From Balanoglossus misakiensis (lineage: Eukaryota; Animalia; Hemichordata), in assembly GCA_040954595.2 (NCBI GenBank), contig CM082595.2, forward strand, positions 1,077,690-1,141,689: DNA of 64,000 nt. Reading direction: 5' to 3'. This document shows, in pieces, positions 32,401-45,479 of the stretch. The notes under the pieces are model-generated. The model saw nothing but the letters and a program-made list of their open reading frames with translations, searched no databases and had not been told where the DNA came from. A program made the position numbers and the translations under genes. Position 1 is the first letter of the stretch, and every line of letters begins with the position of its first letter.

Positions 32401-35226
32401 TTGTCCCAAAATTCATTCCGTGGAAAATAATCACTGGTCTGTTTACGTATTTCAGCCGATTTTCCAACGAAGTGTGTACCCTGCTAATGAGACCTCCGCA
32501 GGATTACGTAATGACAGTGAAAGTCCGATACCCAAGTGTTCGTCCTCAGCCCACCAAAAAATGCGAAAAATATTACAAAAATCTTCTTCTCAAAATCGAC
32601 TTGGCCTAGGACCTTGAAATTTGGCACAGGCGATTTTGGCCACATAGTCTACAAAAATCGCGAAAAGAATGTACATGCCCCCATTAACGTGCACATTAGG
32701 TCAATTTGAAAATTTCGCTCGATTACAGACACAAAGTCACGTGACTAATTACAAATTCAAAGGGCAGGTGCACTAGTACTCATGGGCCCCAACCACCGTG
32801 CAAAATTTGGTAGGCGCAGCTGCCGGAATTTCAGAGAAAAACGGGCGCAAAAAAACGACTCAAGAAGAAAGAAGAAAAACTCCAGCAATAACAGAAGGGG
32901 ACCAAGCGCCTGAGGGCGCTTGGTCCCCTAACAAGCACTTATGAAAAGATGGAAATTTTAATCAGCTTTTCACTGGGATGTGAAAAGTGTCACATTAAAG
33001 TACATATACTCAAAAGATACTGTTTTGGGATGAATAATGTATGTCAGGTACATGAACGAAATTAAATCATCCATTTAATTAATTCTTTCAGGAACATCAA
33101 GATTTGAAGAATGAAATTGGAGAGGTAATTGACCAATCGACTCAAGCATATGACCAACGTGATGAAGCACAAGCAAAGATGATGTTACTCAAAGAGAAAG
33201 CTGATAAAGATATGGCCCAGCACAATGCTGAGATGAAAGAATTGCAACGTATTATTGATCATGATCGCAAGTTGCGGGAATTCATGTTGATTAAGAGCAA
33301 AGAAAGAGAAGAAGATGAATATTTGAGAGCTCTTAGAGTGAAAAGAGGTTTGTACAGTTTACATATGTTCTTTCAAGTCAAAGAAATAACTAGTGGTTTA
33401 CCGTGTCTGATTTGAGATACTAGTAATCAAGTATATTGACAGTATTTCACAATTATTTGGACTGTATCTGTTTATTATGACAGAATCGGATGAGGCTGAA
33501 CGTAAACGAAAACAGCGACAGGAAGATTCCATTGAAGCTTATGAAGAAGCCTTCGAACGAATCCAACAGATCACAGGGGAAGATGATCTTGACAAACTGG
33601 TCAATAAATTCATTGAAGGTAAGTCTCTGATCCAGCGATCAGTCTCAGTTTTGGAAGACAGATTTTCAAAAATACTGGTCTGAAAAATATGATATTGTCT
33701 CATGAATATAAAGTTTGTTATCGACAATGTATAGAGTGGGTTTTTGCCAAATTGTAACAAACTTGAAATATGAGAATTTCCTAAATGTAATTTTACTTAT
33801 TTGTTTCAGTGGAGGACCGCAACTTTGCTCTTTTCAATTATGTTAATGAGCAGAACAATGAAGTCGAACTGTTGCAGGAACAAATCACTGAGGTAGGTCA
33901 AAGGTCATTGCACTTAAGAATGTTGCCTGTAATTTGACTGATTGGAAACACTTAGATGCCATGACAAAACAATGATGACTCAATCAGATTTATTCATCAA
34001 ATGCTTGTGTGTATTTCCTGACTGATGGAATAATTGCATTTCCTGATTATTTATTTAGATCCAGGAAGAGATCGAACAGTTTGAGAGTCAAGGAAGTGCC
34101 ATGGAAGACCAACGGAAAGCTATCCTCAAGGATCTGGAATCTAAGCAGACCGGCGCATCCAAAGATGCTGATGAGTTTGATACCAAGAGTAAAGGAATTA
34201 GCAAAATTTTGGATCAGTTGAAGGCTGGTAAGTACATATCTCATCTTTGTTTGATTGTTATTTATTTATTTAAATAAGGTTACAGGCTCGTAGAGATTTG
34301 TAACTTCTCGGTTGTTTAACATGATCAGCCTTATAATTGGATGTCTGTTTTCTTTGCAGGTATTGATTCTCTGTTTACCAAGATCAACTGCGACCGTTCA
34401 GCCATCAATGATATGCTTGGCAGCACCGCAGGTGTACAAGATGAAAATATGATGATGTATTTAGGAATTGTTGAACAGAAGACTAATGAACTTCTATCTG
34501 TTCAGTCATATATCCAGACCAAGGTAAAGTCTTCCAAGTTCATTTTCCTTCTGCATTTTTGGTTGAGTTTACCGTCTATTACCATAGAACTTGTCTGTCT
34601 GAGCTGGGTCATCTGAAGGATCTAGCCACTGTCAGAGTGATAGACTTAATCATTATTGTTTCTTGCAATATTTAACACGATGTCAATCGTCTGTTTTATT
34701 TATAGCAAGAATATGAGTCGCCTAAAGAAGCCAAAACACCAGGCTTACTTGGAGAAGGTCCAGCACCTCCTGTGCAGTCATTTGCTATTGTAGCACCCTC
34801 TACAGGTGACGATTATGATAGTGATGCTGATTCTCAATTGAGTGATGAAGACAACAGACCTTTGACAGAAGCAGAAATTAAACAAAAAATTATGAAACAT
34901 GTAAGTATACATTCCGGATCTTACATTTGCCGTGTGCATGTTTCCAGGGATCTTGTTCTGGAGAAGCTCTTTCCCAAAGCTTTGAAACTAAAAGCATGAT
35001 GCAAATGACCGTACTCTGTATGCCTGGCATGAGATGCATACAAGTTACAGATCACCAAGGATTTGAACTTCTGAAAAGACTAACAAATCTTTTCTGTTTT
35101 ACATTCCAGGTTTATAAAAAAGAAGCTGCCCAAGCAAAACGGGGTTTCCAGTACGATTTATCAGGGGCCAAAGAACTGAAAAGCAAGTCTAAACCCCCAG
35201 AAACAAAACGTGGTGGAAAGCGCTAA
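29450..35226 (+). CDS. ODAD1: Outer dynein arm docking complex subunit, ODAD1 (CCDC114)/CCDC63 family coiled-coil protein
   Basis: About 12 exons. ELAKLQRQYRIMEGDRNAY, IQVLENRLDK, NAKLREEIDSLRVEK, STQAYDQRDEAQAKM, LVNKFIEVEDRNFALFNYVNEQNNE and NMMMYLGIVEQKTNELL are typical of the CCDC63/CCDC114 family. Confidence 0.88.
30888..32931. mobile_element. Non-autonomous Helentron/HINE-like element (~2 kb) in an ODAD1 intron
   Basis: One end is AAAGCTGCAAGCAGCG with sub-terminal AGGGGCCCAAGC (30908-30919). The other end has a perfect 15-bp hairpin AGGGGACCAAGCGCC-tgag-GGCGCTTGGTCCCCT (32896-32929) containing the inverted partner, preceded by an AAG-rich tract. Internal diverged direct repeats; no ORF. 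Confidence 0.7.
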
Positions 35227-35976
35227 GATGTTGTCTTGGAAACTGAACTAACATTGTTACCACTTTATCCTGGCCATTTACTTCATGTTGTTTTATAAAA
35301 AAAGGAACTTTCTACTGTGAAAAATGTTCTGACCGATGTGAAGCATTTCATAACTTTCAAGACATTATGACTCGTTACCAAGATTTACTGATTAATTTTT
35401 GAAACACGTTTGTTATTTTGTGACAAAATGTATATACCTGTATATTACACATATTTCGTATCAGTTGACGAAAGGAAATGTGTTTCTACCAGATGTAGTT
35501 TCCTCGTCTTTGAGCTGAATTTTGTAACATAGTTGATGTTAATTAAAGGAAATGAATTTCCAACTTAACTGGTAGTTTTTTTATTGATTTTATTGAACAG
35601 TTCTCTCTCCGAAAGACAAGTCTTGAGTGAACAGCGGAAAGAAAGGTAGAATAAGAAGAGTGACGAAGGTTGAAAGAAAGGTAATCACACATACACACAC
35701 AATGCATACAATACACAGTTACCCCATTTATAATACTATTCACAGGTGCTAATCAAGATCTCACTGAGTAAAAATAAAACATCTCTATTCCTTATTTTTA
35801 TCACCATAACTTCAGGTGCTACTGTTTACATAAAAAGAAAATACTGTAACAGAAAATATTGTACAGCATGTTGTCTAAAATAACATCAACTACAAGAAAG
35901 TACTGGCCTGACTTTGAGTTGAAATTCCTGATTGTTGTGTGAGGGCGCGGGACTTATGAAAGAACATTTCATTGGA

Positions 35977-38299
35977 TTACAAATCCTTTTTGTTGAATGC
36001 TTTCAAGATGTGATCTGCTACAACATCGATACCTTTATTGTGTTTAGCTTGAGTGAAAACTGTTGGTCCGTCTTGTCTCATCATCTTGGCATCCCGACTC
36101 ATAACCTGAAATAAACAAACAAATCTCAAGGTCAAGGGTGAAATAGAGATCTGACATATATTCATTGCACAATCTCTCTCTGTATACAATGTTTGTAACC
36201 AGAGTCTCTGGTTTGGCACATGCACATAATACAATCTTCTCCCTTTAATGACTCACCTCCAGATCGGCACCAACTGCTTCTGCAAGATCAGTTTTGTTGA
36301 TCACTAACAAGTCACTCTGAGTAATTCCTGGACCGCCTTTCCTTGGGATCTTATCACCACCTTAAAAAACAAACAAAATAAATCAATAAACAATGTCCTG
36401 AATTTGTCAATGTCAGCTCACAACACTCTTTTTTTTGTTTTCAATTTTCACCGCTGGAGACTCCAAAACTTTCTCTGTCACAGGAAAACATTCAGACACA
36501 AAGATACAAATTTGAGGAAAATAACTTCCTGGATAGTAAAAGTAGATGAACTTTGCCCTTAAAGAATAATACAGACTTACCTGCAACATCTATGACATAA
36601 ATGATATAATCAGCGAGCTCTCGACTAAAGTTAGCAGCTAAATTATCACCTCCAGATTCTATAATGACCAACTCTGGTTGAAATTCCTTTGTGAGATCTT
36701 TGATTACTTCCATGTTGAGGGAATAGTCCTGAAAATGTACAAACACAATGACATCTTTAGACAAATACAATCTGTACAGATGTGTCAGTCTTTGTGATTG
36801 GAGCTTCAACCCTTTCACTACCATGGTTTGCTCCAACTTCATTGATTTCAATAGTAATGCTGGACCTTAACACATGAAAACGGGGGTGAAAGGATTAAAC
36901 ATAGTTGTACATGCTTCCTTGAAAGCTAACAAGACAATAAATCATCTATACCTCTCTGATTGCTGCATGAGGACATCCACCAGTCTCTACAGCTCTCATA
37001 CGTTCTTCAGGCAGCGCTTTATTACGACAAAGAAATTCCCAGTCCTCTCTGGATAAAAATAATGCCAGGAACTCAACATACACAATGCAAATACACCAGT
37101 CTTCCAATATTAACAGCAAAATGAATCTTATTACGGGCTACAATATGGTGTGGTATATAGCACCCGTGGATTTAGGGTATCATTTGCAATAATAACAAAG
37201 ATATGACCCAAACTAATATTCTCAGTTTCAAGGAGACTTTTATAGCTTAATATCAAATGATGGTTATCAATATATACCTTGTAAAGATATCATTTGTGAC
37301 AACACATATACCATGTGAATCTTGTAAGAGTTTGCAAAGTGCTAGTACCGTTGCTGTTTTTCCTGAGCCCACAGGTCCACCTATGCCAACAGTAAATGCC
37401 CTCTGTAGAAAAAAAAAATCAGAGGCTTCTTGATCAAAACTGGACAATAACATCACGGCCATTCATATGTGGTAAAGGTTTTAAAGGATTCAATTTAATT
37501 CAAGGCCACTGGTCCTTTTTTCAAAACTGCACAAAGACATCACACACTTTTTGTGGTACATGATTTCTTTTCAGGGAAACAATGGCATGAAAAATAAATG
37601 ATACAAATTTCACAAAATTAATAAGTATGCATACCTGCTTCCAATTTCCACGGAGTTTAGGGGTCTCTCTGGTCGTAAATAGTCCAGGATTATCTAGTTT
37701 CTCATGACTGTGTCCATGTTCATGAGAATGATCATGGCTATGACTATGCCCATCGGATGAACTGCTTATTTTGCCAGCTAAAATTGTAAACAAACACAAA
37801 CAATGAATCATACCGATGTTTTAGTGTTTTTATCAACAAAGGGATTATTTTTCCTTCGAGTTTTGACTACTTTTGACAAATCATGACTGGAAGAAACATA
37901 CACAAGAAATAAACACATCGGTGCAGATAAAGCAGTGGGTATGAAATTTGATTTGGAAAGGGACTTGCGTTAGATGAATTAACTTATTTGGGGCTGCAGT
38001 TTCATTGATTAAAGGTGTTCAAGTTTTGACAGCCCCCCCCCCCCCCCCCCCCCCCCGCAAAACGGGTAGGGGTAAATTTAGTTGCGGGTCGATCGTACCT
38101 CAGTCCAGACGAGGTTTTGCTTGGTACTAGTATAAAAGACGAGAAGCAAAAGATCGAAGAATGGTACCGGCACGCCACGATCGTGGATAATCTGCTCAGA
38201 TCTGATTAAGCCATGGGTTTCATACGGTGACAACTACTTACCCTTGAGAAAAGTGACATTATCTCCCGACCGCTCGCTCAGCTCCCCAACTTCCGCCAT
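35977..38299 (-). CDS. ureG: Urease accessory protein UreG (Ni-chaperone GTPase), eukaryotic type with His-rich N-terminus
   Basis: Seven exons (38299-38242, 37777-37635, 37402-37278, 37048-36952, ~36728-36581, ~36360-36257, ~36105-35977). [17 protein letters not shown]; P-loop [11 protein letters not shown]; [10 protein letters not shown]; [13 protein letters not shown]; ESGGDNL; [26 protein letters not shown]. Confidence 0.97.
38033..38056. repeat. Poly-C (24 nt) in ureG intron 1
   Basis: Uninterrupted C run, which is poly-G on the ureG sense strand. Confidence 0.9.
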
Positions 38300-38706
38300 C
38301 GCTATCAATGCAATGCTACTGTATCATGTACATGTGTTTGGTGTCAAAGGTCACCCACCCACTCGGAAGTTCAGAATTCCTGGTATCATCAAATATGACC
38401 AGTCAAGCCTGAAACATGTAACATTTTATCATTTAAAAAAAATTGAAATAACTGATTACTCTGCAAACTTGCAAAAGATGTACAACTAGACAAAATAAAA
38501 AATGACACAGCGACACCATGCGGTAGAAATGGTTAGGTGACCTTGGACAGGTCAAGATTTGACCTTAGATTCAGTACACTAAACAGTGGAGACTATATTT
38601 AGCCACAACCGGTTGAGGCTCGCTGGTTCGACCCTTTGTACGTGAAAGACCAGGACAGTTCAAAAGTTGACATTAACGTGATAACTATCTGTACGAGCGG
38701 CTAATA
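38300..38706. promoter_or_regulatory. Putative bidirectional promoter shared by ureG and urease
   Basis: 407 bp between divergent ATGs. DR1-like GTGTCAAAGGTCA (38341-38353), TGACCTTG (~38538), AGGTCA...TGACCT (~38549-38565) and an ETS-like CGGAAGT (~38364). Confidence 0.65.
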
Positions 38707-41700
38707 ATGAAGCTTAGTCCGAAAGAAATTGAAGGCCTTCTAACCCACCAAGCCGGGTTTTTGGCACAGAAGCGTCTTGCAAGAGGCATACGATTGAATT
38801 ATCCTGAAGCTGTTGCTTTGATAGCGAGCCAGGTGAGTCGGCTATCTGCAATGTAGACAAAAACGTGTCAGAGTGTCAGACACCATAACGAAGTACTCGA
38901 GTTTTATTGTGATGGCCGTGTCTATAACTGAATATATGAAACGAACATCTTGAAAGGAACAGCGGTTCATACATGTACGTTTCCTCGTTTTATAAGTTTT
39001 GTTTTTATGTCCAAACTCGGCGATAGAGTGAGAATATATGAGTGTGAATTGCATCTTATCAGTACAGAATATCTTCCAAGTAAATGAACGTGCCAGAATG
39101 GAATTTAATATGACCGTTCTTATAAATTATCATCTTGCAGTTACAAGAATTAATACGAGAAGGATGCACAGTAGCTGAGCTTATGAATGTTGGACGTCAG
39201 ATGTTAGGTCAGTGTCTGTTTAAAAGTGTTTTCAACATTTTGATTTCAGGATTAAATTTTTCTGGACAGCATGTCTACAATCTTGCATCATGTATGCATG
39301 TATATCTGGGCGCTGAAAATCCAACGCAAACTCTAATTTAACAATAGCAATATTTTATCATGTTATAAAGACAAATCATTTCATAAATATACAGTTTTAA
39401 TGACACGCTTGACACTGTATACATGCATGTACACCAACCATGCAATGATTACAAGTAGGTGCATTGACACCAGACTTGTTTACCTCACACACCAATGCAA
39501 GGTTCAGTGGGTGTCATTGTAATAATCAGTTGACATCAATTCCAAAGTGACCTACTTTGTGTTAACTGAAAACAACACGTGAGTCTGTATATGCGAAGGT
39601 TGCACTTTGTGAAATGATACCAGTTGTTACAAAACTAGACGTATAGTTTTGTTATATAAAACAGTGATAACTGACTGAAACTCAATTACGTTGAAATGTC
39701 AGTGATGTAGGTTTGACAGAAATAAGTACATGTGGCCAAGTCTTACTGTGTGTGGTTTTTTTATCAACAGGTCGACGACAAGTGTTACCTGGGGTCCCAG
39801 AAATGATAACTGAAGTTCAAGTGGAAGGGACATTTCCAGATGGTACTAAACTGGTTACGATTCACGATCCGATCGCAGATCGGGAAAATGGTGACATGAA
39901 ATTAGCACTGGCTGGCAGCTTTCTTCCAGAACCCGATCTTGCAATATTTAAAACTGAAGTAAGTTTAAACCCTTTGACCGTTCTGTGTAATTTTGGTTGG
40001 TAGTCCTGGCCAAACTGTGAGACTTAAAATGTCTATCCAACAGTAGTTAGCGAGATCATCAAATTCAAAGACCCAACTTATTTTTAATCAGATTGGCTTT
40101 CTGTTACAAGTTACAACTGACAATCAATATCTTTTCAAGTGTTGTAGTACGATTTCCATGTCAGAACCATTAATTCTTTTTTGTTATTTATTTATTTTTG
40201 TTTGATAGAAAGAGGTTGGTGGGAACATCATAGTGAATGCTGATGAGAGAGACATTATACCTGGTCGAGTGATTCCAGCTGCAGATGTTGGACCAATAGA
40301 AATCAATTATGGAAGAGATGTTAAAACCCTCGAAGTCACGAGTGTGTGCGATCGCCCGATCCAGATAGGAAGTCATTATCATTTTATTGAAAGTAACAGA
40401 TATCTTCGGTTTGACCGTATGGCTGCCTATGGTATGAGATTGGTAAGTCTCTCAGGTTACAAGTGTGAGCCCTTCTAGTTTTGCAAGAATGTTTGGGAGA
40501 CTTCCGGCCCTCTTTATGAAATCAATGTACATTTGTGATAATTGTCTTTGCAGAATATCGCAGCAGGAACAGCGGTAAGATTCGAGCCAGGAGAAACAAA
40601 GGATGTGAATTTGGTCAGAATTGGAGGCAAACGGTGAGCAGCAAAAATACATTGTGGACTTTTTTGTTTCACCAATGCACACATCGACCCCCAAAACTAA
40701 GTGGGCTAGTTCAGTGGCCGTTACTATGATTTGGTTGGAAGCTGATTAAAATTCAGATTTTGGAACTATTTTCTGCAGAGTGATCCGTGGTGGTAACAGC
40801 ATCTGTGATGGATGTGAGAGTGAAGAGAATAAGAATGCCGTCATGGAAACACTTAAACGGAAGAATATTGAGTCCGTGCCTGAGGTTTGTATTTCCTTTT
40901 TTTCCTTTGGGGGGAAGGGGGGATTACAAATGGTTACAACATGATTACAAATTTTAGGTTCAATATGAATAATGTTTCACAATATATGAATGCAAACAGC
41001 TTACAGTATTCAATGGATGATGTGTGCTTTAATAATACTGGAATATCTAATCCAACTTTACTGCTCATTGCAGTCAGCCGAAAAAGCTGCCAAGAGATCA
41101 GTACCAGAACCAGTGACAATCCCCAGAGATTTGTACGCTGTGACGTACGGACCAACCCTTCATGACAAGGTAATAACAGTTGACTCTTTCTAGCTGAGAT
41201 ATTCGTATCTTGTGATGATTGTTTTCAAAGATTTACTCTGTGGCTGTATAGATCTGTGTTTTGCCAATTTTACATGTTTCATGGATAATTACAAATAAGG
41301 AGTGTCTCTAGTAATTAGTGTGTTAGTTGTGGATGTGTTATTATCATAACAATTGCAAGGGTATTGTGTATTATTGTCACCAGGTTCAGTTGGCAGACAC
41401 AAGTCTCATCATTGAAGTTGATAAAGACTACACAGTCTATGGAGATGAATGCAAGTTTGGCGGTGGAAAGGTAACATAATTATTATTTGTCCTTGAGTAC
41501 AGGGATGTAAGTGATACCCCGGGCATTCAGAGGTCAAACACCCCGTCTGAACCCAGCATGTGGCCAGCTGTAGTAATTACACAGTTCGATAGTCTGAAGT
41601 GCACCATTTGTGGCCAGCTTATGCCATAGAGATACATTTATATGCAAATACTAATGTGCAGTGCCTGGCTGCTCTTGTCTGTGGATCAAAAAAACATGTC

Positions 41701-44700
41701 TACATCAATACTGCTCTAAGGTGACAACTCAATACAGGAAGGTCTCACTCAGACCTAGAACCTGCTTATTTTTCTGTGACATACTGTGCGTTGCCTTGAA
41801 ACCAGTTTGAGAATTTCTCATTTCCTTTCGTTTTATTTCATCAGGTTCTTCGCGAAGGTATGGGACAAGCAGCTGGAGTGACTAGTGTTGACTCGTTAGA
41901 CACAGTTATTACAAATGCTGTCATTATAGATGCTGTCACTGGCATTGTCAAAGCTGATGTGGGAATCAAGGTAAATATTCACCCTTTCACCCCCAGTTGC
42001 CTCTATAGAGGTCCAACCTCACCATAGAAAACAATAGGTTTAGACTGAACCATGGTGGTAAAAGGGGTAAAGCAGCAAAGTTATTCTGTATGTTCTCTTT
42101 GTCGTTAGCGTATAAGTGACGGGGTTAACGTTTAGAAAGATTTAAGTAGACATTCTAATTAATATATTTTTCTTTCAAGGATGGTATGATTGTTGGTATC
42201 GGAAAAGCTGGCAATCCAGATGTAATGGATGGAGTGACAGCGGGAATGGTGGTTGGCGTGGGAACGGAAGCCATCGCCGGAGAAGGCTTGATACTGACTG
42301 CGGGGGCGCTAGACTGTCATGTTCACTTCATCTGCCCACAACTTGCAAGAGAAGCAATAGCATCTGGCATTACTACGATGTTTGGAGGTGGTACAGGTAG
42401 GTGTTAACGAAAACAGAATAACAGACTCCCTTGCAGTACTGTGTATATAATTTATGATGGATATGCATTGACTGGAGTTTTTGAATTTCTCAATCTGCAG
42501 GTCCTGCAACAGGAACCAAAGCCACAACTTGTACACCCGGTCCAAACCACATCAAAAATATGATTCGCAGTACTGAAGCATTCCCTCTGAACTTTGCTTT
42601 CACAGGTCAGTTCTTTACTACTATGAAAACTCAACTTCAAGCTGTGCTTTGAAACCTATAAACGTACTATAGTTTGTACATGATTGATATCCAAAACAAC
42701 TGTTATATTTATTCCACAGGGAAAGGTAACACATCAAATTCTTCCGAAGAAGTGAAAGAACTGGAAGAGCAGATCAAAGCTGGTGCGATTGGGTAAGACT
42801 GATTCATCCCCACTTTCCTGTATATGGAATGATCCACCCTATCACAAACAATAAGACTGAACCAAACTCTATGGTTGTGAAGGGTATAAATGATTGGAAA
42901 TGTTTTTATTTCATTTGCAGACTCAAGCTACATGAAGATTGGGGGTCCACGCCATCCGCTATCGACACATGTTTAAAAGTAGCAGATAAGATGGATGCCT
43001 GTGTCATGATCCACACAGATACACTGAATGAATCATGTTGTGTTGAAGACACTATTGAAGCTTTCAAAGTAAGTAGACACTCAATTCTCTTGTATATTGC
43101 TCTGGATTTTTCTCTCGCAACAAACATTTAAGGTTTCATAAACAGTTATTTTGTTTATAGTTGTCCGATTTAGTTCAGATGTGAATTTTTTCGGGAGATG
43201 GCTCATCAGAGACAGTGGATGTAATGATTTCAGTGATGACAAAGAAAATTCGCATCAGTATTGAAAATGAAAACTGATCCCTGTTTAATAACATAGGGTC
43301 GCACCATCCACACGTATCACTCAGAGGGAGCAGGTGGTGGCCACGCTCCAGATATTCTGAGAGTGTGCGGGGAAGCCAATGTACTGCCCTCATCAACCAA
43401 TCCAACCAGACCCTACACAGCAAACACTATCGATGAACACCTGGATATGCTAATGGTCTGTCATCATCTGGATAAGTGAGTAAAATATCCAGATGGTTTC
43501 ATGTATGGATACTGACTATGGTGTACCCTTCTCCATGGCAACCCATGTATAACTCCATTTGTACCCAGGATGCCAAAACACCAGCAGACATTGAAAATAA
43601 TGATGAATCGAACACATTGTTTTTGCAAGAAATTTGAAAGAAGATGTGGCTTTTGCGGAATCCAGAATCCGAGCGGAAACAATCGCTGCAGAAGACATTC
43701 TACACGACATGGGTGCAATAAGTATGATATCCTCTGACTCACAGGTATTTCATCATTACGGTTATATTCACATTAAGAGAGTGAAATCTATCTGATGTGT
43801 ACAGTTCAGCTGTATGTGATGTAACTACATGTTCTTGTATATGCAACAGAAGATACAGCTTAGCTTAGCTGACATTTACAGTTGGGAGGTGAGCTTGTCT
43901 GAGTCAAATAAATTCAGAATTGTTGGAGCATCCTGGAACGTACCAAGACATCATCATTTAATTTTCCTTTCTTCTTTTTACATGGAATGAAAGGCAATGG
44001 GACGTATTGGGGAAGTGATTTGTAGGACCTGGCAGACGGCGGATAAGATGAAGCGATTCCGAGGAAAACTGGGAATTGAAGTGGTGAGTTTTCTGGATTT
44101 GATGGACTGCCTCTTTTCTGTATGGATAGGTTTATGCTTCCAGGGAAAGTTCTGTAGACCAGAGCTTGTCTGAACAGGAAACATGTCTAGTGTCTTGAGA
44201 AACTGAAGATATCATTGTGGTGCAAATACTCAAACTGGTTTCTTCTTTTTTTCAGGGTGACAATGATAACATGAGAGTTCGTCGTTACATTGCCAAGTAC
44301 ACAATCAATCCAGCTATAGCTCATGGAATGTCACATAAAATTGGATCAGTTGAGGTGAGGTTATCTTTCTATCTCTTGTGTCATCATTATGACATGAAGT
44401 TGAGCTTGTCACTAATAATGAATAAAGTTGACATGAGTTCTGGTTGACCAGTATTGACATGATTATTTTTGACAACTCTAGGTGAATAAGCTTGCTGATC
44501 TGGTGCTCTGGAACCCTGCATTCTTTGGTGTGAAACCTGAAATAATCATCAAAGGTGGACAGATAGCTTGGGCTCAGATGGGTAAGTCTGAATAGTATGT
44601 GTTGATTGTGAGAGTGTAGTGGGCTTTTATAGACATTGGGTTGATCTAACAATACCATTCATTGAATTTAACTGCTGACATTAAACTATGCACAGAAGGA

Positions 44701-45479
44701 AACTTTCCAATGCTCACTCATGTTGTCTATTTGCTTTACAGGTATGCCAAATGCATCTATTCCAACACCACAGCCAGTCAAACAACGTAAAATGTTTGGT
44801 GCATACGGCAAAGCTGTGACTTCAACATCGGTCATATTTGTATCCAAAGCCTGCGCTGAGAGTGGTGTTGCCAAGACCTATGGTATTGATAAAGCCATAG
44901 TTGCTGTACAAAAGTGAGTTGTATTTTGCTTCTGTTAACACTCACTCCCAGTTCTCTCTTTAGAGGTCCAACCTTACCATAGAAAACAATGGGTTTGGAC
45001 TGAACCATAATGGTGAAAGGGTAATATCCATTGGTAATCCACTAAATATCTTTGTGAGATTTCACCAGCCAACTTGTAACACATTTTCATCTTTTCTTGA
45101 CAGCTGTCGTGGTCTCACAAAATGTGACATGATTCTCAACGATTATCTACCAGAAATCAGAGGTGAGTTTTTCCCCAATATTGTTGATCCTTTTTGTATG
45201 TAACAGCGCCAAATTGATACATCCCATGTGACTACACATTGGCGAATCATAACACAGATTACAGATGAGGTCACATGTGTTATAATATCAGTTCTGATCA
45301 TACCAGAAGATACATGAACATATCTGAAATAATGTCCTTTGTTTCCTTGTCTCTCTGCAGTCAATCCTGAAGATTACCGAGTGACGGTGAAAGATCGTGA
45401 CAGTGGCGATGCAGAGAAGCACATCACCTGTCCCCCATCTCACAAACTGGCACTCGCTCAGAGATATTTCCTGTTTTAG
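38707..45479 (+). CDS. ure: Urease, single-chain eukaryotic (gamma-beta-alpha fused) nickel enzyme
   Basis: About 21 GT-AG exons. Gamma: MKLSPKE...[34 protein letters not shown]. Beta: [25 protein letters not shown]. Alpha: [42 protein letters not shown], flap [28 protein letters not shown]-terminus AQRYFLF*. All expected Ni ligands are present. Confidence 0.98.

Noticed and set aside
38209-38223. Alternative ureG start codons at 38223/38214
   Set aside because: They read MKPMA-stop and lie in intron 1. The ATG at 38299 splices in frame to the His-rich exon.
35977-45479. Bacterial contamination or recent horizontal transfer of urease genes
   Set aside because: Many spliceosomal introns, fused single-chain urease, His-rich UreG, host MITEs in introns and base composition matching the flanks.
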